Part shown: in pieces, positions 22,490 through 34,690 of the stretch | How the letters are laid out: each line of letters begins with the position of its first letter | How positions within the stretch are numbered: position 1 is the stretch's first letter | NCBI GenBank assembly: GCA_040357565.1 | Contig: JBDODJ010000078.1 | Source: Cercozoa sp. M6MM | Lineage: Eukaryota > Protista > Endomyxa: Ascetosporea | Strand: one strand, 5' to 3' | DNA: 49,797 nt | Translations under genes and position numbers: made by a program | The notes under the pieces: generated by a model | Database searches by the model: none | What the model was told of the DNA's origin: nothing | What the model saw: the letters and a program-made list of their open reading frames with translations, nothing else

Positions 22490-23626
22490 TGTGGCCGCAA
22501 GCAGGGAGAAACTGACACCTGCACGAGTGAGTGATCTCTCCGACACGTGCTTTCTCGTGCTGCAAACTGCCGTTAGTGACGAAGAGCAGTTTCACAACTT
22601 TGTATTGGCATCGCTGGCGATGCAGGCAACTTTCGATCAGCGCACGGCACTGCGAAACATCCTGGACACTCTCCCGCAGGTTTGTTCACTTTTTGTATTT
22701 TCCCACTGGAGTCAACTGAGTGCCTGGCTACGGTCTGATCGATTCCGTCAGATGGTCAATCGCTTTGCACTCCAAAGTGAGTCGTTCTTCATGGCACCGC
22801 ACACCATGCTGCAGCAGCTCGATCCAGAGCAACACGCGGCCGTTTCTGACGCGCAAAAACAGGAGGCTGCAGAGTTCTGGGGCAAGCTGGTCTTGCAACT
22901 GCAGTGAGTTTTCATTTCAGTCTGTGTCGATTTCAGCTCGCAACTCTTTTTAAAGAAGGGCATAACTTGGCCTGAGTGAGTGCAGACAACTTCGCCGCTA
23001 CTTTGGCGCATTCGACGAACTCTTCGAGCGGCGACTGCGGCGACTGCGCGAGATACACGAGCAGCAGGAACAGCTGCTGCGGCAGCAACTGCAGTCGTAT
23101 GACAGACCTTTTTTGACCTGGGTTATTTATTGAATAGTCCAGTACAATCACATATGCGTGTCCACTTGCTAGCAGAAAGGAGTGGCTCCGAGTGCTGGCG
23201 CAACGCTTCGTGTGGTTCGAGCGCGGACTGACTTCGTTCCGGCAGCAGTTGTCACCGTCGCTCAAGGTGGTCGTTGATGCCGTCAACTTGTCGCCCGAAC
23301 GCGACGGACTCGCCTTCTTTGTCGGCGATGACACGAGTGGCACCAACGCTAGCACACCGACACAAGGCATCCTGATGAGCGACTTTCTGGCACTGCAGGA
23401 CGCCAACACAGCCACGCGCGAGAGGGGTCACATCGAGTGGATGATCCAGCAGCTGCTGACTGCTGCGGCACGCCACTGGCCTCCGCCGCCGGTCGAACTG
23501 CGGTGGATTCTCCCCTGGATAGAGCAGCAGAGATTACACTGTCTGTACATAGTATACAGTATCTGCACATATACTTTTTACACTGTATAGTATACTGCAT
23601 ATAGAGACATTAACATATCAACAACC

Positions 23627-23663
<37 letters not shown>

Positions 23664-23953
23664 TGCATGTGTGACAGAGAATCCATGGAGGAGAAGGCAG
23701 CCGCGAAAAAAGAAGTCGAGGAAAAAGAGGCGGAGAAACTGCCGGTGCCTTTCGACGTGTCGCCCTCGGTCTTTGTGCAGCCCGAACCCAGTGTATGTTA
23801 ATTTACAACCCCACTCGTGCGTACATTGCTCTGTGTTTAATTTACATCGAATCACTTCGGCAGGAGGAACTGCTGCAAGCGGTGCACCGCGACATTCTGC
23901 GGCAGCAACCTCGGCAACGAGTCGGTGCACGAGCCGAAGCACGCGAGGCCTGA
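22303..23953 (+). CDS. Uncharacterised helical protein, about 7 exons
   Basis: Consecutive GC-rich exons separated by microsatellite-containing GT-AG introns; no motif recognised. Confidence 0.55.
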
Positions 23954-24314
23954 CCCTACCACTTCAGTGACTGACGAGTCTGTCGTTCTGCCGGCGCTTT
24001 CAGTTTGAATACGCTATGAGTACCATGCATTACAGTACCATACATACTACTGAATAAACCACTAGGCGAGTGCACTGTCAGGCGCGGTGCAGACTAGCCA
24101 CGGTAAGTCTTAAAGCTGCAGCATAAGTGTGTCTGTCAAAATAGACCGAACTAACTAAAGTAATTGAACTGAACTGCCGTTCGGTTTATTGGAATTGCGT
24201 TGGATACACTTCAGGTTGGTTGCATTAACAACAAAGATACAATTAATACACGACGGCAGGATGCAATCCAAGCCAGACTCAGACGACATGACGACACACC
24301 CGGGCCCGGCAGTT

Positions 24315-25912
24315 CTAGAAGTTGTACTTGTAGATGTTGGGTCCGCAGATGACGGGCAGACCGTCGCAGTCGTCGCCGGCCATGCGCTCGCAGATTCTGT
24401 CCTTGATGCCTATGCACAACAATAAGGATGATACACAGTGTCAGACAAACTTAATCTGATTGCTCCTGAGGTACTCAAGTACCGAGCATCTGCGACGGGA
24501 GCTTGTCGCGCAACAGCGTCCACATGCACCTGTGGGACACCAAACATGCATACAGTGTTGATACATGCACCAGTCGGAAGCAAGTAGCAAGAACTACTTG
24601 GTGCTGGGAGCGTCGTTCGCGGTCTGCACAAGCGCGGCGGCATCAGCAGCCAGATCGCCGTTGCTGATGAGCTCGAGCACCTCACCCGGACACACGGTGG
24701 TGTTCTTCAGGTCTGTCGTCACATCGCACATACAAGATATCAAAACAGGGTCGGGTGTCCTGAGTGTACCGCGGTGACCAAAGACGTCGCTGTCGACATT
24801 GAGCGTGGCCTTGTAGTTCTCGCTCAGGTGCGCAATCACGGCCACGAGCGACTTGTACTGCGGCGAGTCCTTCGAGAACGGACCCGTGTACGGATCGGCG
24901 CCGTCCTTGCCGCACTCCTCGGCATCGTAGCAGCCCATGAGCGACACGCCAATGTTGCCTGCACATTTTAGTCTTGTTCGTGATGTTTCCACTTGACACA
25001 CGACAGAGCAGTTGAACACACCGTAGTTAGGCGGGGCGTGGGCACCCATCACAAAGCCCGGATACGGCCAGGCACCGCCCTTGACGGGCTTGTCGTTGAG
25101 CGACTTGGGGCCGAGGAACACATCTGATTATACAGAGGTATGTTGGCCTGATCTGATGTAAAGTAGATAAATACGAGGTACCCGAAAGAGTGGCGTTGGC
25201 CGACGGCCAGAAGGCGCTGTCGTCCTCGGCATCGTTCCAGAACGGACGGCCCTGCAAGCAAAGATCCCTCCATGTACGTACACCCCAACCCAGGGGGAAA
25301 GCTGCAGTCAGTTCTACCTGGTACACGGTGCCGTCAGTGCCAATGAGCAGCTGGTAGCCGACGTCGCACCACCCGTTGCCGTCCATGTGGCCGTTCTGAA
25401 TGCGCTTGATCTGGTCGGCATCGGCGTCGCCAAAGGCAGTGTGGTGGATCGTGATCTTGTTCACGTCGGCCTGCGGGATGATCTCCGTGAGTTTGTTGAC
25501 GCAGTTGCAGCCAGCATTGCCAGCGTCGTTCCAGACACGCGCGCCCCAGTCGGCGCGGCTCTGTTGGCACAATAGGATGTCATTCCGGCCAACCTTCAGC
25601 TTCACGAAGGACTCTTAAGGGGTACCTGGAACGGAACGGTGTTCAGGACGAAGTGCTCGACCGCCGACGCTTCGGCGCCAAAGTCGGGAATCACACCCCA
25701 GGCTGCGCAAGACAAAGCGAACGTTATTATCATGAAAAGAAGAACGTGAGAAAACAAAAGGAAAAACAACAAGACCACCACAAAACAAACACCAAGTGAA
25801 GCAACTAAATGAGGTGCAGAAAGTGATAAGTTGTTAATTTACCAGAGCACTTGTCGCCGACCTGACCGGCGGCAGCAGCGGAAGCAACGAGAGTCGAAAG
25901 GAGGAGCTTCAT
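24315..25912 (-). CDS. Secreted peptidoglycan-recognition protein / N-acetylmuramoyl-L-alanine amidase (amidase_2), predicted active
   Basis: Signal MKLLLSTLVASAAAA; SRADWGA, ITIHHTA, IKRIQNGHMDGNGWCDVGYQLLIGTDGTVYQ-GR, GAHA..NYG-NIGVSLMG, VFGHR-D, TVCPG (His, Tyr, His, Cys intact). Two more in-frame exons give KCMWTLL...GPNIYKYNF*. Confidence 0.92.
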
Positions 25913-26546
25913 CTTGGATGGTTGTTCAGTTGTTGTTACAGTATTGCACGAGTGCAAGGTGTTGGGCAGTAGTAGTAGAGAGGAACAATAAGAAAGAAAA
26001 CAAAACAAAGTGAGATGCAAAGGTGCGGGGGTGGTGCTGCTAGAGGTTGAGCATCATTTAAGAACTCGTTTAAACGCGTGGGCGGTTGTCTGGAGGAAAG
26101 GAGCAATGAATGAGTCGGAACCCCTGTATCCGTTTCTTCAGAAAAAACGGTCAGAGTGGCTGTGATCTGCGGTGACAAATCATCGCGACCACGAGACTAT
26201 CGAGTGACCAACAACTCCGTTGGTCGTTCGAACCCTTCATCGGGGTTGTTTTTCCACTTGCTCACTCTTATACGACGCAACTTCTGTCCGGGCAAGGCTC
26301 AGGAGCTCAGTTTAGGCGTTTCCAGCGTGTCCTGTCAGCGCGGCAGGCCGTGTGTGAAACCGTTTCTTCGCGAGTCTTACGTGTCTTTGTCAGCGTCAGA
26401 AGGGACAAGGTGTCGCAACTCTAGCTCGCTTTAACCGATGCGTATCAGTCACTGTAACTTACACTCGCTTGTGTGGCACATGTGCAGTGTGTCACACGAG
26501 TGACTCGACACGTGTGTCATAATTCCAGTCTCGCTCGCGCGACGTG

Positions 26547-27327
26547 ATGATGCTGCTTCACGTCGCGACGTTGTTGCTGCTCGCGCAGACCACGGCCAAG
26601 ACCTACCGGATCGGTGTCATTTATCGCACTCGGCGGTGGCTCGAGGTAAACCTCCTTCTCGATACTGGAGGGCAAGGTGTTTATTACTTTGTCTTGTGTG
26701 TGTCGAATAGGTCTACAACATTTCCAAGCTAGTGGTCGACCAGATCAACAATGACCCCGAGATCTTGCCAGGTGACAATCTCGAGCTGGTCTACGACCCG
26801 AACATTGACACTGCGGCAGCCTGGACTTCTGCCCTGCCCTACGACTGTTACAACAACTTTGAGCGCTACGACGCGATCTCGCAGCCCGACCCGGTGACCC
26901 TCGAGGTTACATGTCAGAACGGTCACTATGGTACAAGACTTCATGGTGTCAAAAGGTCCAAATCACTGATGTTGTATGTTTTGCACTTGTTTAGGCGTCG
27001 GCAAGACGTCGAAGTTCCCATCGAACTTCACGCATGCGAACTTTACAATGTCACTCTACCTTCAGAAGGAACTTCCCGAGGTAACTTCGTTGTTTGACCC
27101 GTGCTTTGTTGTTTAAATTTAAAACAGTTTGGACATGTAAACTTACATGCCCATTGCCATGCAGGCGATGGCCCTGACCATGGGCGTGGACCGCACTCAG
27201 AACGCCAACGCTGGAATGTTCCCGCACAATGCGACCAACCAGGAGGCGCAGCTGCCGATTGACGCAGTCATCACGAGCACGCTGTCGACGCAGACGGACG
27301 CTTTCCTACCCTACATGTCCATGATGT

Positions 27328-27383
<56 letters not shown>

Positions 27384-30300
27384 CTTTCTCTGTGTGTCTG
27401 TGTGTCTGTGTGTCTGTGTGTCTGCGCGTATTAGTTTATGCGCTTGTCATTGCTTGCTCAGCAAGATGCCCGTTGTCGGATGGATCGCCAACTCTGGTTC
27501 GCTCGTAGACAGCGACGTTAACAAGCAGTCGGGTTGGTTCCAGCGTGTCACTCAGAACGATGACCACTCGCAGGTACACCGACCATACCAGTGGCTTTGG
27601 TGATATATTGTATCCGTCTCTTTGTGTCAGATGGCGATTATCTCGTTCCTCGAGGCTCTTGGAGTAGAGCGTGTCGGCATCGCCTACGTGCAGTACGACT
27701 CGGCAGGCATCGCAGTGCGTGACCGACTGGCCACTGTAACCCAGACCTTGTTTTTCTTTTCCGTGCTGAGTTCCGGGTATTGTTGGTTGCCGTTGTGCCG
27801 CGCAGAACTTTCGCACGATGTCGTTCGAGTTGCCGAACCTGGCGACGGACACGGCCAAGTCCGCCGAGAGCAGCGACCTGTACGCCAAGGTGGCCAATGA
27901 CATCCGTGCCTCTGGCATCAAGGTCTTGGTAGTCTGGCCGAGCTGGGCGATCCAGGGTGCCGTGCGATGGCTCGCAGCGCACAACATCATCGGCGACCCG
28001 CGCTACACTGTGATCATGTCGACTGACGCAAACTCTGTACCCTGTAGACATCTACTTGTCTGCGCCTATATATGTAAGTCTATGCATGGGGATAGTTTGC
28101 GTGGCGCGAGTTCATCCAAGCATCGGACAGCGAGTTACTGGCACTGCCGCTGAACTCGTCGGTGACAGGCGTGCCGCAGCCGCAGTCGGAGGACGAGGCA
28201 CTGCAGCGCTACCGCGACAGAATCATGGGTCTCTTCTACGCCACTGCCGTCAGCAACGACGAGGCTGACGCCAGCAAGACGTTGCTGCCCACGGTAAGAC
28301 TGTGTCTCTGTACTGGGATTAACGTGTTGGTATATATTTATGTGAGTATGTATGAGTGTGTGTGTGTGTGTGTGCAGTACCAAGCGATGGCACCGGAGGA
28401 TTCAGGGTACTTGCAGGGCGTCGGAGCCAGCACGTGGGCCTCGATCGAAGACATGGTACGCACGGCGGCCATGGGCATTGGCGCCGCTGCAAAGGCTGTG
28501 CGCGAGCACAATGCCGCAGCTGGTAAAAAATTATCAAACACCGCCCCCCCCCACCTTAAGACAGCACACAAAGGTAACGGGGGAGCTTTACCGTTTTGAG
28601 CAGGGCCCGAAGACCAGCAGGAGGTGACTCGCACCATGATTCGCGATGAGATGCGCAAGCTGTCGATCTACTCGGCGCGGTACGGCAACCTGACCTTCCT
28701 GCCGAATGGCGATCCCGACGTGCCGTTCGCCATTGTGAATTACCGCAAGAACGCGACGACGGGCGAACTTATTGGCGGCAAGGTCGGCCACTTTGCGCCG
28801 TCCTTCATCGTGTCCGAGTCGGAGGTGCTGCCGCTCGAGATGACGCAAGAGGAGCGCGACTCGATCCTCTGGAGCGATGGTGTCGTCGGTTACGATCAGT
28901 CGCCCTTTGTGGTAATGCGAGAAGCTCCTGTCCCAGTCTCTTCTTGCCTTATGGAGGGGGAGGAAGGGCCGGAACTTGGAGTATGCTTTGCTGGACTGTG
29001 TGCAGCCGCTGCTGCAACCGATGGACGCAATGTTCGCATTGTTCAAGCACTTTGACTGGTCGCGTGTCGGCGTCATCTTCAACGAGGCCGACCCGGACAC
29101 GCAGGCACTGCGCGATGCCTTCGCTGTCAACAAGGTACAATTTTACACATGTTCTTTGGTCTAGTCTCACTCCGGGAGAGTTACAAGCGGGACACCTCAT
29201 TTTGTAGGACGTCGAGGCCGTGTTCTTTAGCGCGCCCGACGAGTCGTACGACGAGGTGCGCGAAAATGGCGCACTCTATGACGCACTCGCCCAGAACCTG
29301 CGAGACAGTGACCTGCGCATCATCGTGGTCTGGCCGTCGTGGAACGCCGAGGCTCTGCTGCGCTGGCTGACTGTCAAAGGCGTATCATACATGCATATGT
29401 TCATGTACATGCATATATATACGTATATATTTTGGGGGGGAGTGGGAGAATGGAGAACTCAAGAGTTTTGACTGTGTGCACGAGTGTGCGTGTGTATTGT
29501 GCAGGTGATCGGTTACGATCAGTTCACGTTTATCCTGGCGCCGACCGCGACGCGCGTGAGTGGCGCCGTGTTTGACGGCAGCAACGCTTTGATGTCGAAC
29601 ACGCGCGCGCAGCTGGAGCAGGCCGTGGGCATGTTCTCGCTGGCCATGCAGGACGAGACGGTGGCCGTGTCGAACTGGCGCTTCTCGCAGAGCGAGGCGC
29701 GCGCCGTGCCGATGGCCTTCTCGACATGGAGCACGGACGGCGTGCAGGAGAGTTTCGACGTCACGGGCGACGACGACGTCGAGTGGTCCACGGGCAAGGT
29801 CGGCGCCATGAACCGGTGCGTTTGGTCTAGCTGTACGGGTATTCGGCTGCAGTCTTGTATTGTCCCTGTGCACAGGCCGCTGTCGACTCCGGTGGTGATC
29901 AAGAAGGTGCGTCCGATGAGCGAGGGCGTGCGCGTGACTCTGCTGGTGCTGTCGGTGATTGCGATCGTCGGGTGCGTCGGCACGTTCGTGTTCCTGCTGA
30001 AGCAGCGTCACCTGCGGTACATTCGCATGTCGTCGTGGAAGATCAACTGCGTGGTGCTGCTGGGCCTGCTCGTGGCCTGCATCGGCGTCATTCTGCTCGG
30101 CGTCGGCTCGCAGCAGGTGGCCGACTACGACAAGGACCTCGACTACATCCCAGTCGAGGGCCTCAGCGACAGCGAGTTCCTCGGCGTCTGCAACGCGCGT
30201 CTCTGGCTGCTACCGATTGCGTTCACGCTGACGTTTGGCGCCCTCTTTAGGTACGACTGAATGCGCAGTGCACACACACACGCACACGTGGCTGATGATG

Positions 30301-31132
30301 CTTGCCTGTGTCTGCAGCAAGACCTTCCGCGTCTGGCGTATCTTTGTGAACCACGACTTCAACGGTACCCTGACCACTGATGACTGATGACTGGGGGTGG
30401 AGGTGACTGTGGATTGACTGGAGTGCAACGTGTGCAGTGCGCACGATTAGCGACATGCGACTGATGGCCATGGTGGCGGTCTTGCTCTTCGTTGACGTCA
30501 TCACTATGATTGCCTTTCACGCCAGCTCGTCGTTTGAGCGCACACTGACGGTCGACAACGAGGTGTGTTGCCCTTAAAAGAGAGGGAGGTCCGGATTTGT
30601 TTGTGTGTATGAATGATGTGTCCGCATGTTGTGTCCGCATGTTGTATATGTGTGTCTGTGTGTCTGTGTGTGTACGTGCATGTGTATAGGTGCCGCTGCC
30701 GATCGAGGGCAATCGCGATGCGACGGAGCAGTTCTACTTTGAGCACTGCAGCGCCGACGGTCTGGACACATTCATGGGCATCTTCATCGCCACCAAGGGC
30801 CTCATTCTCATGTTCGGTCTGTGGATGGCGTCCGAGACGCGCAACGTTGAGATGTACGACCTCTTTTTGTATATGTGTGTGTGTGTGTGTATATGTGTGT
30901 GTCTGTACATATATGGTTATGTGTGTGCAGTCCGGCGCTGAACGACAGTCGCAGCATTGCGACGTGCGTCTACGTGGTGTCGCAGGTGTCGCTCATCATG
31001 ATGCCGGTGTCGTTCGTGTTCGACGAGAACGACGGTCAGCAGTCGCGCTACCTCCTGGTGGGTCTCTGCGTGCTCACGATGGTCTACTCGACGCTCGGCT
31101 TGCTGTTTGTGCCCAAGATCTACAATGTACGG

Positions 31133-31185
<53 letters not shown>

Positions 31186-31462
31186 GTTTTGCTGTTTGTT
31201 GTTGTTGTTGTTGTTTCCACCTCGGATCTGAACTTGTGTCTGCAGGTGTGCACGGGCGAGGCCGAGAAACTCACGACGGTGCTGTCCAAGTCGCAGGTAG
31301 CTTGTCGCTCAGTGCGTGCCTTGTGTGTAAACCACAAGGTCAATATTGGCGTGCCTCCAGGCGAGCACGACCACGAGCGGCAACCTGAAGCGCTCAGCGA
31401 CGCTGCGAAGCTCGCGAAACTCGTCGTCCACTCTCGACACGAACGATGTCGAGATGCAGGTA

Positions 31463-31523
<61 letters not shown>

Positions 31524-31631
31524 CCCTCCCCTGCCCGTGTGTTTCTCTTGTACAACGCTTGTGTGCAGGTGCCTTCCAAGTCGCACGTGAGCCGCAACTC
31601 ATCGTCGGTGAGCGAAGGCATGACGGCGTAG
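26547..31631 (+). CDS. Class C (GABA-B-like) GPCR with an enlarged Venus-flytrap/ANF-receptor ectodomain
   Basis: Signal MMLLHVATLLLLA; YRIGVI, VDQINNDPEILPG, WFQRVTQNDDHSQ, HFDWSRVGVIF; 7TM motifs RHLRYIRMSSWKINCVVLLG, CNARLWLLPIAFTLTFGALF-SKTFRVWRIF, KGLILMFGLWMASETRNV, ALNDSRSIA, LLFVPKI. Confidence 0.93.
27331..27424. repeat. Intronic (CT)n/(GT)n microsatellite
   Basis: Directly visible; similar tracts at about 22452-22485, 23632-23662, 31135-31215, 31465-31521 and 45263-45335. Confidence 0.95.
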
Positions 31632-32116
31632 GGCGCTGCGTCTTTCGGAAGCACAACAATCGCACACACAGACACACCTCTTGCACACTCACACTCACAT
31701 TAAACGTTTTCGTCCCGATCGGCCGTGTCTTGTATCGTTATGTCGCACGCACTTGGCCTCGTCGTCGCTTGATTGTTTGTGTTGTCTGCCTCTTCCTTCT
31801 GCGTTGGAACGAACACCCCAGAGAGCCAACCACCGTCGTCACATAGTAGCAGTTGGCACCAACGTAGTAGTGTATCTTATTATAGTTTTACTTGGTTGAT
31901 TGAATACGTACGGGATAGTACGATACGACAGTCGATAATTCAATTTTTTATGATCGCTCAAAAAAAGCAACCGTGACTGGAAAGCAAAAGGTACCGTCCT
32001 GGTGATTTGCAAAAATTCAGTTGCCCTACTTACAGGCTTTTCAGGGTCCTAGCCAAGAGAAAGCGCAAAACTGACCGCAAAAGCGCCAAACACTAAGCGA
32101 AAGACGTTGTCCGAGG

Positions 32117-33468
32117 ATGCGGCTGATTCTCTTGCTTCCAGCGGTGCCATTCTCGGTGTCGGCCTCTTTTCGTCGTGGTACAATCCAGGCTGCTTAAAGT
32201 CGACCTGATAGCTTTCCTGCTTATGTTTATGTTGTTTTTGGGAGAGCAGACGCCTTCACCAGTTCCAGTTCCGTGGACTGCTCCAACAAACCGACGTTCT
32301 GCTCGGGCGTGTGGGACCCAGTTTGCGCCGATGGCAAGGTATAGATGCTGTGTGTTCTAGGCACAGCTTATAACAACGCCCACCATGTAAGTGCAGACCT
32401 TTGCCAACCCATGCGAGCACAGCAGAGCAGTGTGCAACGGCGAGGCACCGCGAGCGCACTTCAAAAAAGGTGAGTGTCCTCGTTCTCACAAAGGTCCAGA
32501 CCGTGTCGGTAGCCACCCCGGACCGAAGCGACCCACGCCGATTCAATGCTTTTCCGTAGTACCATCTCTTCTTCTGAGTTTGAGGGTGATTTAATTCTGC
32601 AACTAAAAGTTTAGTTTATCATCTACTGTAGCGCTGTATGCAACCGCCGTGTGAGAAACGCTTCTGGAAAACGGGTCCTGACGAGTGTTGTCCACACTGC
32701 GAGTGTGCCTCTGTCTGCGCCGACATTTATCAACCAGGTACAGTCGCAAACGTAGTTCAGACTAATACGGTACTCTGTACACGTACTGAGTGTGTAAACT
32801 TAGTGTGCGGCAACAACGGCGTAACCTACGAGAACATGTGTCAGTTCGAAGCAGCGCAGTGCCGAGGCGAGGTGAGCAGTGTCACGAGCGATTCGGAGTG
32901 TGCCACCTACGACGTTGAGCCTGCGCAACCGGTGGAACCGAACGCTGCGTGCACACCTGTCGGACTGCGGCACACGAGCGAGGACAACTGCATGCACTGC
33001 GAGTGCAGCAGTGACAGGACGTGGCTCTGCAGTGCTGTCGGCTGTGCTGCCCTTGCGTGCCCGCAGGAGCATTGGCTTTCTGGTACACCTACAATTAAAT
33101 CGGGTGGTCTTGTTCCACCTGATCAAAACATGCGTAGTGGAAGGCGCATGCTGCCCCGTGTGCAGCACAGAGTGGTCCTGTCAGTGCACCGACGACGGCA
33201 CCAGCGGCGGAGTCGACGTCGACTACAGTGGCTGCGCGGCACATGAGCCCGGCTTTGGCGCCTTCTGCTACGTGCGCGAACCGGCCTTCTGTGTCACAGC
33301 GAAACCCTCGGAGCGGTTCGAAGGAGCCGCCTGGAAGGTGTCTCCTCATAACAGGGAATGCTACTCAGATAGTATTCTTGTTCGTGTGGGCAAGTGCAGA
33401 AATGCGCGCCAAACCAAGAAGAGGCTTCCCCTCGCAGCACTCTAGGCCGTGCGAGCCCGTCGCCGTAG
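32117..33468 (+). CDS. Secreted Cys-rich protein: two Kazal domains, a VWC-like domain and an unnamed C-terminal Cys module
   Basis: Signal MRLILLLPAVPFSVSA; Kazal FCSGVWDPVCADGK-TFANPCE...C and VCADIYQP-VCGNNGVTYENMCQFEAAQC; VWC-like DNCMHCEC...CSAVGC...C...GACCPVC. Confidence 0.85.
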
Positions 33469-33841
33469 CTGCAAGATCAGTCTTTCACAAGACTCGAGGG
33501 ATAACTTGAAGATTCGAACCCGAGTGTTTCGTTTCGTTTATTTCGTTCGGCAGTACAGACTGATCAAACTTAAACTCGAGGATAATAGTGTGAAATTAAA
33601 AACTGAAAGAAACCTGAAAACAAGTAGAAAGTATACACCCTGCGCTGACCGTACTGCACGGCAAATCCAGTCTGGTTCGGTTCAAGCCGACGCGAGTTTT
33701 GTTCCAGCAGGCCTCTTAGATAGGAATCAAGCCTTCGCTTGGTAAATTGAGAGCACGCGCGGAACAGCGCAGTATCGTGAGTTCACTCGCGTAGCGTAGT
33801 GATCGAATAAACTGAAAGAAACGACGGTAGTACAGGGCAGA

Positions 33842-34505
33842 CTAGTGTTCCTGGTGCGAGCGCAGGCACTGGTTGACCATGGCGAGCAGGTTGGGCTTCT
33901 CCAGCGCGGCCGCCACGCGCTCCTTGTCGTTGAGCTGCTTGTTGACCTGGTGCTCCTGCGCGTGCGTGCCGGGCGTGATGCGGATGTCGACCTTGCATCT
34001 GTGCGTAAGGGAGTCAGAGAGGGACTGCCCAAGAGAGAGGGCAGACAGGGGCGACACACCTGGCCGGCAGCGAGCGCATGAGCTTCACGCGCAGACACAG
34101 GCCGATCAGAGTGGCCATCTCGCAGTGCGGAATCGTCGGCGTGAACTGCACCGACACGGCACTGCCGTCGACTGCGATGAGACTGCGCTGCGTCACGTTG
34201 AGCTGCTCCAGCGTGTACGGGTGCTCCGGGTCGTTGATGTTCCTGATTATGTCTGCACACACACCCCATACACTCAGACCCACCCCCCAGGCCCAGTTGT
34301 TTGGTACAGCAATACAAGCACACCAAACACTTCGTTCACGTCCAGTGGTTCCGTCTCCTCTTCGTTAGCGACGGGAGACCCTGCGCAAACCAGAAACTGT
34401 AACTTTGGCACTGTTTGTCGTTTCGGCAGGAGAGATCACACATATTCTTCTGTCATCCTCTTCACGGACGTCGAAAACCACCGGATTCGCATTCAGACTG
34501 CTCAT
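33842..34505 (-). CDS. CIAO2B: Cytosolic Fe-S assembly component CIA2 / MIP18 / FAM96 family
   Basis: [11 protein letters not shown]...[20 protein letters not shown]...[16 protein letters not shown]...[11 protein letters not shown]...[16 protein letters not shown]. The A versus B paralogue assignment is not certain. Confidence 0.93.
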
Positions 34506-34690
34506 GGCTGTACGGGCACGTCGCCACACAACTGCAGACCTTTCAAAACTGTCTACCCTAATATCGCCTTCCGGCTCGATTTTCCGGCTGCTGGCTCAAT
34601 AATTCTATTGAGGTCCACGGTGCTTTAGACACTGCTCCGAGCCCCGCAGTTGTGTGTGCTTACCTTCTGTGCGAGATTCGGTCTCGAACG

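Noticed and set aside
30365-30437. Intronic TGATGA motifs as a C/D snoRNA
   Set aside because: Part of a short ACTGATG tandem repeat; no terminal D box or closing stem.
33505-33530. GGTTCGAATC (minus strand) as a tRNA T-loop
   Set aside because: No acceptor stem, D-arm or anticodon arm can be formed.
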